Virus record (IMG/VR): IMGVR_UViG_3300042691_041392
Length of the DNA stretch: 64,000 bases
Source of the DNA: a virus
Strand: one strand, 5' to 3'
Of the stretch, positions 32,104 to 42,843 are shown in pieces (positions within the stretch are counted from its first letter, which is position 1; every line of letters starts with the position of its first letter). The notes under the pieces were generated by a model. That model saw nothing but the letters and a program-made list of their open reading frames with translations. It was not told the origin of the DNA and searched no databases. Both the position numbers and the translations under genes were made by a program.

Positions 32104-33423
32104 TTATCCCATAACTACAATTCTAACTGAAGATATCGTGTTAACAGAATTAATATCTATAGCATCATTTGATGTTTTAGCAACACTTAAATTTAACTGC
32201 TCACCAGTTGTTTCATCCCAAGTATTAACTATAATAGCAGGTGTAGATAAACCATGTGTTATGGAATATGTAACACCGGCACTCATAGATTGAAGTGTTG
32301 TAAACTTAGTAATAGAACTTGTTCCACCACCACTATTAGGACCTAAAGCCAAATCAACCAATTGAACATTACCAGAATTTGATACAGTACCACCATTTAA
32401 TATCAATCCACCATCCAATATAACAACTTTACCATAAGTATCAATATCCAATCTACCTTCAACAGTTAAATCACCATAAATTAAATATTCATTATAATCA
32501 GGAACTTGAACAATCTCATTACTTCTAATTCTCCATTTTATATCAAATGGAGCATTACTAAAAGGTTTATTTAATCTAAAGTAAGTACCATCATACATCA
32601 ATGTATATGTTATATTAGGATTTAACTCACTAACTAATAAATCATCCAATCCATTAGATGTTTGTTTTTTAATAGATTTGGCACCTAAACTATTTATATT
32701 TAAAGTAACAGATGATGTACCAGAGTTAGTAGCTGAAAACCTAGTTAGATATACTTGATTTGTATTATATGAGAATAAATTAGGCAAAGATGTTGAAGTA
32801 TATGTGTATCCATTTGATGTACTAGCTGTTAAACTCATTACTTGATTAACATACTCTTTAACCCACTTACCACTTGAATAAGTACCTTCATATCTATAAA
32901 GAGAGTCATCTTCATTCTGAACTCTTAATGTATATCCATTTTTTGGAGATGTTTTATCCCAATCAGATAAAGTATTATTCCAAGTAACAATATAACCACC
33001 AGTATATGATGACCAATTAGAACCACTCAAAGTAGCCGTATTATCTAAACCAGCAATATATCTATCTCCATTTGACGGAGAACCTGGCTCAGATGTAGAT
33101 ACTGATATAACAGGATCTAACCAATACTCACTACCAGCCGCACCTGAACCACCACTAAATAAAATCCAATTACTATTATCAGTTATTGTAGTACTACTAT
33201 AACCATATTTTAATTGGTAAGTACCATTATTAGAACCATCATTATAAACAGTACATAACATACCCCAACTTCTTCTTTGTATAATAATTGAATTTCTTTC
33301 TGATAAAGTCTCATAACCATGATGACCACCTCTAATCTCATTTTCATACGCAGTAGAAATTAAGTCGTTTGAATCTATCGGTCTAATTGCCGCTCCTACT
33401 AATGTACCTGTATTTTTACTCAT
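32104..33423 (-). CDS. Tail fibre or virion appendage protein (DUF2793-like segment)
   Basis: PGSPSNGDRYIA...W...P.NG; TLNINSLGAKSIKK; YSITHGLST. Confidence 0.6.
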   Translation of the reverse strand: MSKNTGTLVGAAIRPIDSNDLISTAYENEIRGGHHGYETLSERNSIIIQRRSWGMLCTVYNDGSNNGTYQLKYGYSSTTITDNSNWILFSGGSGAAGSEYWLDPVISVSTSEPGSPSNGDRYIAGLDNTATLSGSNWSSYTGGYIVTWNNTLSDWDKTSPKNGYTLRVQNEDDSLYRYEGTYSSGKWVKEYVNQVMSLTASTSNGYTYTSTSLPNLFSYNTNQVYLTRFSATNSGTSSVTLNINSLGAKSIKKQTSNGLDDLLVSELNPNITYTLMYDGTYFRLNKPFSNAPFDIKWRIRSNEIVQVPDYNEYLIYGDLTVEGRLDIDTYGKVVILDGGLILNGGTVSNSGNVQLVDLALGPNSGGGTSSITKFTTLQSMSAGVTYSITHGLSTPAIIVNTWDETTGEQLNLSVAKTSNDAIDINSVNTISSVRIVVMG

Positions 33424-33438
33424 ATTATTTTCTTAATT

Positions 33439-34428
33439 TTAACTTATAACTATTGTTGTAGATGAATTATAAGCAGTATTACTTATCCAAACATCATAAT
33501 TCGTTCCACTAAACCCATAATCATTTGAAAATGTACTATTAGATCTAACTTTTGTAAATGCTGTATTGGTAAAACCACCAACAACAAATGTTGGAGTACC
33601 AAATAAAGTAGGCCATGCAAAACATAAATAATATCCCGAACCATCCATATTAGTAAAAGTTCTTGATAAACTTGTAGCTAATTCACTACCACTACCAACA
33701 CCAGCACCAGTAAGACCTTTAACTTTAGCATCTGTGATAAATGAACCAACAGCAGCACTTGAACCAGGAGTAAGTGTTAAATCTGGATTTGATGGTACAC
33801 AAGAAGTTAAATCAATAAATCCCCAATATCTCTTATTAGACCAAGTAACTGAAGCAGTAGTACTCAATGTTGTGGTACCATCAGATGTAGAGAAAGTAAA
33901 CAATTGAACTTGACTAACTCCACTTGGTGATGAACTGTGTGTAGCTGTAGTAGCTTTTGTACCAGATTGACTAGCACCGGTTGGTGAAACACTTGTACCA
34001 TCAACAGTTATTGACGTAATTGAGTTACTATTTTTAATAACTGTCCAACTTAAAGTAACAGAAGTAGATGATCCAAATTGTCTTGACGCACTCGAAGCTG
34101 AAAAAACATGAGTTTGAGCAACATAAGGATATAAAATTTTATCCAAAGCATCTTGAATTGTACCTGAAAATGTACTTCCAATAGAAGCACCACCAACAGC
34201 TATTTGAGTTGGAGTAGCTCTAATATAATCTGTATTTGTTGTTAATGATTGAGAAGCTGTTATTTCAATATCATCAATTCTATTCCAAAGAGTCCAAACA
34301 GAATCTCTAACATCTTTAGCGTCAATTAAATTAGCAGCGTTATCAGGTAACACAGTTAGTAATTCTTCTACTGTGAACCTATAATCAGCTGAAATAGGAG
34401 GATTTACATAACTTGAAGTTCCTGCCAT
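33439..34428 (-). CDS. Ser/Thr-rich virion structural protein
   Basis: Ig-like beta-rich composition; late promoter at 34447. Confidence 0.55.
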   Translation of the reverse strand: MAGTSSYVNPPISADYRFTVEELLTVLPDNAANLIDAKDVRDSVWTLWNRIDDIEITASQSLTTNTDYIRATPTQIAVGGASIGSTFSGTIQDALDKILYPYVAQTHVFSASSASRQFGSSTSVTLSWTVIKNSNSITSITVDGTSVSPTGASQSGTKATTATHSSSPSGVSQVQLFTFSTSDGTTTLSTTASVTWSNKRYWGFIDLTSCVPSNPDLTLTPGSSAAVGSFITDAKVKGLTGAGVGSGSELATSLSRTFTNMDGSGYYLCFAWPTLFGTPTFVVGGFTNTAFTKVRSNSTFSNDYGFSGTNYDVWISNTAYNSSTTIVIS

Positions 34429-34472
34429 ATAATTATTCTTTTTTGTTATATATTAATTTCTTAATACTTTAT

Positions 34473-34504
34473 TTTGATTTTTTTAAAAACTTTATCTATA
34501 TTTG
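34473..34504 (+). promoter_or_regulatory. Bacteroidota-type host promoter
   Basis: TTTG-N20-TATATTTG. Confidence 0.7.
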
Positions 34505-34520
34505 TAGATAATTAAGAATT

Positions 34521-35729
34521 ATGAAACAAGAACTATTAAATTTAATACAAGAAAAATCACCAGGTGCTAAACCTTTACTCTTAGTTATTAGAGGATCTCA
34601 CGCATATGGAACAAATATTGAAACTTCGGATACCGATTTCTCAGGTGTCTTTATACAATCCATGGAAGATATTTTAGGTTTTAATTACGTTGAACAAATC
34701 AATGATGATAAAAATGATATTGTTATCTATGAAATTAGAAGATTTCTTCAACTATTAGAAAGTAATAATCCAACTGTATTAGAACTACTTAATACACCAG
34801 AAGATTGTATTGTTTATAAAGATCCCATCTTTGATGAAATATTAAATAATAAAGATAAGTTTATTACTAAAATATGTGCTAAATCTTTTGGTGGATACGC
34901 AGTTCAACAAATTCAAAAAGCAAAAGGTCAAAATAAAAAACAAAACTGGGAAAGAGATAGAGTTACTCGTAAAGATGTACTTGACTTTGTTTATGTAATC
35001 GAAGGTGAGAAATCTATTCCTTGGAAAGTTTGGAATGAAACTAAAGGATATGAAGAAAAATTCTGTGGTGTATGTAATGTACCGAACGCCAGAGATGTTT
35101 ACGCAGTTTATTATGATGATGAAGCTCGATCTCTTTTCTCAACTAAACTAACAAGTAGAATGAGAAGTTATATGTTCGAATCCAGACTTTATAAAGATGA
35201 AAATGGTGAATTAAAATCAAAACCACTTGCTTTAGGATATAAAGGTCTTATTAAAGTTGGTGAAGGTGATAATTTATCAGAGTCAAATCAACTTAGACTT
35301 TCTTCAATTCCTAAAGGCGAAACACCGATCTGTAACATTATTTATAATAAAGATGGTTATTCACAACATTGTAGAGAATACAAAGAATATGAAGAATGGT
35401 TAGAGAATAGAAATACTCAAAGATGGGTAGATGTTGAATCTCATGGTCAAAAAATTGATGGTAAAAACATGATGCATTGTAAGCGTCTAACTCAAATGAG
35501 TAGAGAGATTGCTGAAGGTCTTGGTATTATTGTTAGAAGACCAGATGCTGAAGAATTACTCAATATCAGAAGAGGTAAAGTTGATCTTCAAACTTTAATT
35601 GATGATGTTGAGAATGAGATTAAAGAGATTGATGAACTATTCAAAAACTCAACTTTACCCGATAAAGTTGATAAAACATTTGTAAATGAACTATTAGTAA
35701 AAATTAGAAAAAATATTTATAATATATAA
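34521..35729 (+). CDS. Pol-beta superfamily nucleotidyltransferase (RlaP/YcgL-like)
   Basis: GSHAYG...SDTD, NPTVLELL, KNMMHC.RL, LLNIRRG. Confidence 0.8.
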   Translation: MKQELLNLIQEKSPGAKPLLLVIRGSHAYGTNIETSDTDFSGVFIQSMEDILGFNYVEQINDDKNDIVIYEIRRFLQLLESNNPTVLELLNTPEDCIVYKDPIFDEILNNKDKFITKICAKSFGGYAVQQIQKAKGQNKKQNWERDRVTRKDVLDFVYVIEGEKSIPWKVWNETKGYEEKFCGVCNVPNARDVYAVYYDDEARSLFSTKLTSRMRSYMFESRLYKDENGELKSKPLALGYKGLIKVGEGDNLSESNQLRLSSIPKGETPICNIIYNKDGYSQHCREYKEYEEWLENRNTQRWVDVESHGQKIDGKNMMHCKRLTQMSREIAEGLGIIVRRPDAEELLNIRRGKVDLQTLIDDVENEIKEIDELFKNSTLPDKVDKTFVNELLVKIRKNIYNI

Positions 35730-35732
35730 AAT

Positions 35733-36353
35733 ATGGCAACAACTACGTTTATTTTAGGAATTATTTGGGGATTTGTTACTTATCACATAGCTTTACAAGT
35801 GAAAGAAAAAGCTAAAAATAAAAAAATCATCAATGAGATAAACTCTAAATTTAAAGAGGTATTAAGTAATATTAAAAACAAAAAAACTGTATTTGTTAGT
35901 AGAGTTAACCATACAGTTATGTTTGACACCAAAATTCAAAATTTAGATGTTGTAAACATAGTCTATTTGATGGATAAACAAATTGTTTGTATATTCAAAG
36001 ATAATAACTGTATTTATACATCTGATAGTTTAGATAATAATATAAAATCAGACTTACTTATTGAAATTAATAGAGAGTTTAGTAACCAAATAAATGATGT
36101 TGTAAATATCATGGGTATGACAATTTCAAAAGAAGAGTTTAATAAGAGAATGCAGGATATTCAAGATATACTTAAATCCGATCCTAACTCTCTAAATATA
36201 GATCTTGATTTAAATAAAAATACTATAAATGATATAGTTGAAGAAAATAATAAAAAGTTTGATGTTGATTCAATCTTAGATAAAATTTCTAAACATGGAA
36301 TAAATTCCATAACAAAAGAAGAAAAAGATTTCCTTGATAATTTAAATAAATAA
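35733..36353 (+). CDS. Membrane-anchored protein with C-terminal DUF6576-like motif
   Basis: N-terminal TM helix; VDSILDKISKHGINSITKEEKDFL. Confidence 0.6.
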   Translation: MATTTFILGIIWGFVTYHIALQVKEKAKNKKIINEINSKFKEVLSNIKNKKTVFVSRVNHTVMFDTKIQNLDVVNIVYLMDKQIVCIFKDNNCIYTSDSLDNNIKSDLLIEINREFSNQINDVVNIMGMTISKEEFNKRMQDIQDILKSDPNSLNIDLDLNKNTINDIVEENNKKFDVDSILDKISKHGINSITKEEKDFLDNLNK

Positions 36354-36355
36354 TC

Positions 36356-36577
36356 ATGAGCTTAGTATTAAAAAGTTTTGACTATTTAATTAACAATAGT
36401 TATAAACGAATTTTTGAAGGTAAACATTTTGATGAAAATTTCCAACCTTATACTCAAGATTTCATAAAAGAAATGATAGAATACTTTCTATTAAGAGAAG
36501 AGTATGAGAAATGTCAATTCTTAAAAGAATATAATTCCAAAAGATTTGATCATGAAAAAAATTATTTATCTAAATGA
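36356..36577 (+). CDS. Small protein with a UVR-like motif
   Basis: MIEYFLLREEYEKCQFLK. Confidence 0.55.
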   Translation: MSLVLKSFDYLINNSYKRIFEGKHFDENFQPYTQDFIKEMIEYFLLREEYEKCQFLKEYNSKRFDHEKNYLSK

Positions 36578-37257
36578 GTAATCAAATACAAATAAACACT
36601 GTTACATTACCCGATGGAACAACAGGTATTGAAATAAACGACGGTTCAAAACCAACAGGTCATGTTGAAGATTTATCTACTTTTAAATATGAAAGATCTG
36701 AAATACCACAAAGTCTAATTGATGAATGTGAAAAACTATCAGAAGAAAATGGTATAGTATATTTTATCTTCGATAAACATATAAAAAATGTTATAGATAA
36801 AAACAAATCAAATCTATCAACTGAGGAAAAAAGAGACATAACACTTGATGATATACTAGATGATGGTGATAAATTTTATATAGGTTCTGAGAATGAATAT
36901 AATGAAATGCCATCAAGATTTGCTTACTATGACACAGAAACAAAAACAGTAGGTAGATATAATCGTTATGATAGAGTTTTAAGTTTCTTTAAAGATTTAG
37001 GATTTGAACCAGGTTTCTCAAACTTAGGACCAGAGTTTGAACAATCATTTCATTTAAAAGATCAAGATATTAATATAATTTTAAGAATTAAACCAAATCT
37101 TATTATAAATATAAGTTGTCATAAAGAATTTTATAATCACACATATAATGGTATCTTTTCAAAAGAAGGTATTTATACATTTTTTAAAAAGGTTATAGAT
37201 GAAAATAAATATAAAGAACTTATAAGAGATAAAAAAATCAATGATATACTATCATGA
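36574..37257 (+). CDS. Hypothetical protein with RDxKI terminal motif
   Basis: Ends LIRDKKINDILS. Confidence 0.6.
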   Translation: MSNQIQINTVTLPDGTTGIEINDGSKPTGHVEDLSTFKYERSEIPQSLIDECEKLSEENGIVYFIFDKHIKNVIDKNKSNLSTEEKRDITLDDILDDGDKFYIGSENEYNEMPSRFAYYDTETKTVGRYNRYDRVLSFFKDLGFEPGFSNLGPEFEQSFHLKDQDINIILRIKPNLIINISCHKEFYNHTYNGIFSKEGIYTFFKKVIDENKYKELIRDKKINDILS

Positions 37258-37568
37258 TACTAAACGATACCGACATATACATAAAAGAAAATCTCAATAA
37301 AATAATGAATGGTGATTGGGATGAAAATTTCAACAATAAAGAAGAGATAGAAATGCTGAAGAAAACATCATTTTTATATAATCACATAAAAATAGAAGAA
37401 AGATGTGTTATATTCGAATATGGTGATAAAAAAGTAAAATATAACTTTAATTCAGATCCATTAGATTATCAAATACAGTTAATCTCTATGATTAGAAATA
37501 GTGAGGATTTTCTAAGTTGTTATACCTCATTTTTAAGAGATTGGAAAATAAATAAAATAATTGATTAA
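37254..37568 (+). CDS. Hypothetical protein with RDxKI terminal motif
   Basis: Ends FLRDWKINKIID. Confidence 0.6.
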   Translation: MILNDTDIYIKENLNKIMNGDWDENFNNKEEIEMLKKTSFLYNHIKIEERCVIFEYGDKKVKYNFNSDPLDYQIQLISMIRNSEDFLSCYTSFLRDWKINKIID

Positions 37569-37572
37569 TTTT

Positions 37573-37603
37573 TTTGGTAATATAAATATTATTTGTATAT
37601 TTG
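37573..37603 (+). promoter_or_regulatory. Bacteroidota-type host promoter with no long ORF downstream
   Basis: TTTG-N19-TATATTTG. Confidence 0.65.
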
Positions 37604-37607
37604 TATA

Positions 37608-37734
37608 AGAGAAATGAAACACAAAATGGATGTTTTTTAACTCTTTCAGATTTTTCATAACTAAAGGAAATGACTACAAAGATTATGTAGTTTTAACCAA
37701 ACTAAAAACCCTACTCTAAAGTAGGGTTTTTTTT
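37608..37734 (+). ncRNA. Candidate small RNA or minigene transcript
   Basis: Promoter, then an 8-codon ORF (MKHKMDVF), an ACTACA/TGTAGT hairpin and the terminator AAAAACCCTACT-ctaa-AGTAGGGTTTTT. Confidence 0.35.
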
Positions 37735-38482
37735 ATTTTAATTTATGTGATATTTTTATATCATTATCTATTAAAAATTTTTTAAATTCATCAGCTCCCA
37801 TATTACCTCTACCAATGTTATAAAATTTACTAGATATTACTACATTACCTATAATATACCCTAAGTTACAATCCAACCTATCAATTGAAATTGAATTCAA
37901 ATCACCTAATCCAATATTATCAATTGGTAATTTTATACCAGACCAATAACATTCACAATTCTGTTTATAATATAAATCCTTTAAATAATCTTCAGTTATA
38001 TTAAAATCAATCATTCCTTTTTTATTATGATTACTTTTACATCTACTAATTAAAACACGAAATGGTTTTTCTCTAAAATATTTTAGTGATCTCTCTTCTC
38101 TTACTTTTTTTACATCTATATCTTCTGATAGTGTTTTTTTTCTTCTACATAATTTACAAGTATTTCTTAGACCATCCTCGCTACTTTTTAATTTACCATA
38201 ACAAGATCTACTTTTATTTTCAAAACAAGAATTACATATTTTAAATTCAGTATCTTTTAGATCTATATTTAAAATAGATTTTCTTTTTTCATATTGACAT
38301 GTTTTACAACCAACATTACTATATAGTATATTTCTAGCTTGTGTTAAACACTCATGTCCATTATCACAAATGAAAGATATATAAGATTTTGTATTTTCAT
38401 AGTCATTAAAATCACTTTTACTAAAACCCTTCAATCTAAAAATATCAATTATTTTTTCCAACTGTTCACTTCTTTTATCCAT
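37733..38482 (-). mobile_element. His-Me finger (HNH-like) homing endonuclease
   Basis: Zn fingers; KQNCECYWSG...SIDRLD...GY..GNV. Confidence 0.7.
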
Positions 38483-38530
38483 ATATTATATATTAAATGT
38501 GAATAACCTTTTTTTGGACTTTTAGATAGA

Positions 38531-39250
38531 CTACTTCAAGACATTCCAAATATTAATGAACTTTTCTAACCTATCAATATAACCATTCAGACCTCCGTTA
38601 ACTCTTCTACTAACCTTTTCAACAACATCATCAGTTGAACCTAAATCACATATTTTCCATAGATTATTTTTATCAAAGAAATAAGCTGCTGAAAGCATAG
38701 GATATTTAGTAGATACTAAATCAGGATTAGAAACACAATCTTCATTAACAAACTTAGAAAACTTATCATAATTTGCTCTACCCGTTAATTGTATATATCC
38801 TCTTCCTTTAAATTTAACACCATCACCTGGTTGAGTATTACCCAAATCTTTTCTTCCTTCATATGCCTTCCCTGAAGCAAACTCCACAACCCATTTAAAA
38901 TTACCACTCTCATGAGCACATTGTGAAAGAAAATGAGCTAATCTTAAATTTGTAGTTATATTAAATCTAGCAGCAGTATCTGGTATCTGAGAAATTACAT
39001 TATCAGGAATAATACCTTTTAATTTTTCTAACTTTAATACAGGATGAGTAACAGTGGAAGTTTGAGTAGTTGGAAATAATTTACTCCAAGTTACATCACC
39101 TACAACACCATCATCTTTAAGACCATTATCTTTTTGCCATTTCTTAACAGCAGTTTCGGTATTTTTACCAAAGTCTCCATCAGGTTTTAAACCTAATTTT
39201 GTTTGAAGTTTTTTAACATCTTCACCATTTGAACCTAATTTAAGTAACAT
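38531..39250 (-). CDS. Endolysin: peptidoglycan-binding domain plus GH19 chitinase-like domain
   Basis: LKLGSNGEDVKKLQ...DGVVG; FLSQCAHESG, FKGRGYIQLTGRANY, VNGGLNG. Confidence 0.9.
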   Translation of the reverse strand: MLLKLGSNGEDVKKLQTKLGLKPDGDFGKNTETAVKKWQKDNGLKDDGVVGDVTWSKLFPTTQTSTVTHPVLKLEKLKGIIPDNVISQIPDTAARFNITTNLRLAHFLSQCAHESGNFKWVVEFASGKAYEGRKDLGNTQPGDGVKFKGRGYIQLTGRANYDKFSKFVNEDCVSNPDLVSTKYPMLSAAYFFDKNNLWKICDLGSTDDVVEKVSRRVNGGLNGYIDRLEKFINIWNVLK

Positions 39251-39327
39251 AATAATTAATTAATTTTCTTATATATTCAAGTAAAAAACCAAATTATAGT
39301 TATTATATATCATGATGTTACATGTTT

Positions 39328-40053
39328 TTATTGATAATCTTCTAAAGTTGCCTTTTTCTCAATCCAGATTTCATATCCATTAAATGATTCATAATGTTCC
39401 ATTTCTAATAGAAAATCAATAGCTTCTACTAATTTTAATTGCTTACCGATTTCAAATCTTATATAACCAACATCACTAGTAATACTACTCAAAGAAAGTT
39501 CAACAAGTCCACCTAATAAAATATTTTTAGTTTTAAGTTCTTCAAATAAGAAATCAACCATATTATTTTTAATGATATCTAAATCTTCTTTTGAGTAAAT
39601 AAGAACATTCACATCACTATTATTCCAATCATTTATTTTGAAAATATGTTTATCAGAATCAACAACATCAATTGAACCCAAATTTGTATCAAAAACATCA
39701 GCTAAAGTCTTTTCTAAGTTGATATCAGCCTTCTCAATACCCTTGTATAAGCATTCCTTTAAACTAGCTGTTTTAAACTCATTAGATTCAAAATATTTGA
39801 AACTTTCAAATGTTAAAACACCATCTGATTCCATATTTACTCGATCTTCAATAACATCTGATAAAACTCTATCAATACCATTTACTTCTTTTAAGTTATT
39901 TCTGTGTAGAAATTTTGTAAATCTTTCTGAACCGGGTTGTAAATATCTTTTTAAGTTAGAAGGTCTTATCTTCCACTTATCCATGTAATCATCAATCAAC
40001 TCATTTATTTGTTGATAATATTTATTAGCATCTTCTCTATTATTTATAGACAT
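39328..40053 (-). CDS. Hypothetical protein
   Basis: 241-aa ORF; late promoter; internal VLTFESFKYFESNE tag-like motif. Confidence 0.6.
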   Translation of the reverse strand: MSINNREDANKYYQQINELIDDYMDKWKIRPSNLKRYLQPGSERFTKFLHRNNLKEVNGIDRVLSDVIEDRVNMESDGVLTFESFKYFESNEFKTASLKECLYKGIEKADINLEKTLADVFDTNLGSIDVVDSDKHIFKINDWNNSDVNVLIYSKEDLDIIKNNMVDFLFEELKTKNILLGGLVELSLSSITSDVGYIRFEIGKQLKLVEAIDFLLEMEHYESFNGYEIWIEKKATLEDYQ

Positions 40054-40115
40054 AATTATAGGCTATTTTTTGTTATATATATTAAAATATAAAATCATTA
40101 TTTAATATATACATT

Positions 40116-41060
40116 ATGAATGTTTATTATGTATATGCTTATTTAGATCCAAGAAAACCAGGAAAATATGAATATGATGATTATAAATTTGATCATGAGC
40201 CATTTTACATAGGAAAGGGAACAAAATCAAGAATACTTAGACACCTTAAAAATGAAAATAGAAACCCTATAAAATTAAATAAGATTAAAAGTATTAGAAC
40301 ATCTGGACATGATCCTATATTACTTAAAATAATAGATAATATAAGTAATGAAGAGTCTTTAAAAATAGAAAAGGAATTAATAAAATTAATAGGTAGGCTT
40401 TGTAAAAATGAAGGACCTCTAACAAATTATTCACCTGGTGGTGAAACATATATTGGTTATAAACATCAAGAAGACTATTTAGAAAAATTATATAAACCAG
40501 TTGTTAAATATGATTTAGATGGTAATTATATTGAAGAATATAAATCAGTTGGTGAAGCTGGTGAAAGAAATAATATACAACCACAAACAATTAGTCAAAT
40601 ATGTTCAGGTAGAATAAAGTTACATAAAAGTAATTTTATTTTTTTATATAAAGGAGATGCTTTTGAAAAGAGAAAAAGAGATAAGAAGGAATACCCAGTT
40701 ATAAGAATAGATTATAACAATAATATGAAAGAATATAAATCGGTTACAGATGCTGCAATTGACAATAAAACCACACTATCTAGGATAAACTCAGTTTGCA
40801 TGGGAGATAGATTTCATACAGGTGGATTTCTTTATAGATATAAAAATCATACTAACATAAATGAATATACAAAAAAGATAGAAGATAATTTTGGAGAATA
40901 TTTAAAACTTTTGAATAAAAAAATAAATATAGACGGTATAATTTACAAAAATCTATTACACGTATTAAAAGAAAAAAAAATCAGAATAACAAATTTAATG
41001 AAGTATATAAATAACACCGATAATAAAATATATAAATATTATGAATTTAAAACAAACTAG
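40116..41060 (+). mobile_element. GIY-YIG (LEM-3-like) homing endonuclease with NUMOD1-like repeats
   Basis: YYVYAYLDPR, FYIGKG, LTNYSPGG; EYKSV.(E/D)A repeats. Confidence 0.75.
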
Positions 41061-41943
41061 AGACTTCTTCAACTTGAAACCAGTAGAATTTGTAGTTAGG
41101 GAAAATTACAATCTTATTGAGGATAATGAATTCATTCCTAGATTTTCACTAAAGAATGTTAAAGATATAGCTAATATACCTATTAATGAGCCTATTAAAT
41201 ACTCAGATGATGTTATGATAAAAGCTATTAAATATGGTATGATATTTTTAATAAACTATAAAGGTGAAGAAGATACACATTTCGCCGGCCATGAGAGAGT
41301 TATATATGGAATGGTTTTAGGTCGTTCGTCAAAAGGAAAAACATTATTAAGAGCATGGCATTTAAATGGATGGTCTGTTTCAAATAATAGACATATAAAT
41401 AAAATTTGGAGACTTTTTAGAACAGATAGAATTTTGTCAATGACTTTTACAGGTTCATTTTATAGATTAGCACCAGCTGGTTATAATATGTACGATAAAG
41501 GAATGAGAGGTGGTATTATAGCAAGAGCTGACTTTAATGAAATTAGAAGAAACCAACAAAATCTTGTTAACCAAAACAAAATTGTAAACAGAGAGGAAGT
41601 GAGCTTGGGTACACCAGAAAGAACTTTTGCGTCTATTATAGTAAAGAATACAGATACTCAATTAGATTTAACTAAAGCAATGGAAAATGAATATATCAAG
41701 AATACAAAAGATCAATCAACTCTTAGATTATCGTTCCTAAAAAGTATCTATGGGAATAAGTTTATTGCTGTTTTAGGTGCTATGGGTCAACCAGGAAACA
41801 CTGTTAAAGTTAAAACTGATAAAGGTGAAGAGTTAGGTAATTTTAAAGTAATGGACTCTATAACAGGACAAGTTTTAAAAAGTATTAAAAACGTAAAAGG
41901 AAATTCAATTTATGATCTTTATTTATTTGATAAAAAGTTATAA
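41041..41943 (+). CDS. WYL-like domain protein
   Basis: INYKG...ERVI...LRAW...WRLFRTDRI. Confidence 0.55.
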   Translation: MNLKQTRDFFNLKPVEFVVRENYNLIEDNEFIPRFSLKNVKDIANIPINEPIKYSDDVMIKAIKYGMIFLINYKGEEDTHFAGHERVIYGMVLGRSSKGKTLLRAWHLNGWSVSNNRHINKIWRLFRTDRILSMTFTGSFYRLAPAGYNMYDKGMRGGIIARADFNEIRRNQQNLVNQNKIVNREEVSLGTPERTFASIIVKNTDTQLDLTKAMENEYIKNTKDQSTLRLSFLKSIYGNKFIAVLGAMGQPGNTVKVKTDKGEELGNFKVMDSITGQVLKSIKNVKGNSIYDLYLFDKKL

Positions 41944-41997
41944 AAATGATTTTTTTATATTAATATATAAATAATAAAAAAAAAACTAATAATAAAA

Positions 41998-42324
41998 ATG
42001 AAACATTTAAAAACATTTGAAAATTATTCAGTGAACGAAGAGATTTTTGGACTTTCAAAAGGAGAAAGAGAAGAATCTAAAAAAGCTAAACTTCAAGGTG
42101 AGTTAGATAAAATGTTAAAAGCATGGTCAAGAAAAGGCGCTGTTAATAAACCAACACCAGAAGTTTTAGATAAATTTTGGGCTGATGCTAAAGCTGATGG
42201 ATATAAAGGATTACCTGGTTTATCTTCAAGAAAATTTCCAGCTGATTTAGCTTATAGACCAGAAAGTTCAATTAAATGGGGTTCTGCTGGGATGAGCGGA
42301 CACACATTTGGTTCTGGAAGCTAG
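41998..42324 (+). CDS. Small protein with capsid-targeting-like tag
   Basis: MKHLKTFENYSVNEE. Confidence 0.65.
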   Translation: MKHLKTFENYSVNEEIFGLSKGEREESKKAKLQGELDKMLKAWSRKGAVNKPTPEVLDKFWADAKADGYKGLPGLSSRKFPADLAYRPESSIKWGSAGMSGHTFGSGS

Positions 42325-42340
42325 AAACTGAAAAAACATT

Positions 42341-42371
42341 AAAAAAGAGATACAAATTGTATCTCTTTTTT
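42341..42371. terminator. Bidirectional terminator
   Basis: AAAAAAGAGATACA-aat-TGTATCTCTTTTTT. Confidence 0.85.
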
Positions 42372-42759
42372 ATTTTGATAAAATTTCTTTATCTAAAGAA
42401 GATAAAGAGTTAATTCCAACTTCATTAATTTTATCTAGGATAGTATCGATATCTAAATTTTCTGTTAAGTATTTTTGAAAATCATCATCTTCAATACTAA
42501 CTTGACCATATAAAAACAACTTTGTAATATCTTGTACTTTAAATTTCACTTCATATTTATAAAACAAAGAACAAACTGCCTCCAAAACTCTTTCACTACA
42601 AATCATGTAAGATGAAACTAAACCATTTTCTACAACATCCACGTTTAAAACTTGGTCTTCCAAAGTTTCAATTAATGTCATATCAGAACTATCTAAAGAA
42701 TCATTTAATTTATCAATTTGATCTTGTGTTAAACCGGTGTTGATTTTATATACGTTCAT
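42370..42759 (-). CDS. Protein with C-terminal DUF6576-like motif; probable start MNVYK (42759)
   Basis: IDTILDKINEVGINSLSSLDKEIL; host-type promoter at 42785-42814 covers the longer predicted start. Confidence 0.6.
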   Translation of the reverse strand: MNVYKINTGLTQDQIDKLNDSLDSSDMTLIETLEDQVLNVDVVENGLVSSYMICSERVLEAVCSLFYKYEVKFKVQDITKLFLYGQVSIEDDDFQKYLTENLDIDTILDKINEVGINSLSSLDKEILSK

Positions 42760-42784
42760 AACTTTGTTTTTAGAAGATGTTTTA

Positions 42785-42814
42785 CAAATATAATACATTT
42801 TTTTAAATATCAAA
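42785..42814 (-). promoter_or_regulatory. Bacteroidota-type host promoter
   Basis: TTTG-N18-TATATTTG. Confidence 0.6.
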
Positions 42815-42843
42815 ATTAATATATAAAAAAAATAAAATAAAAT

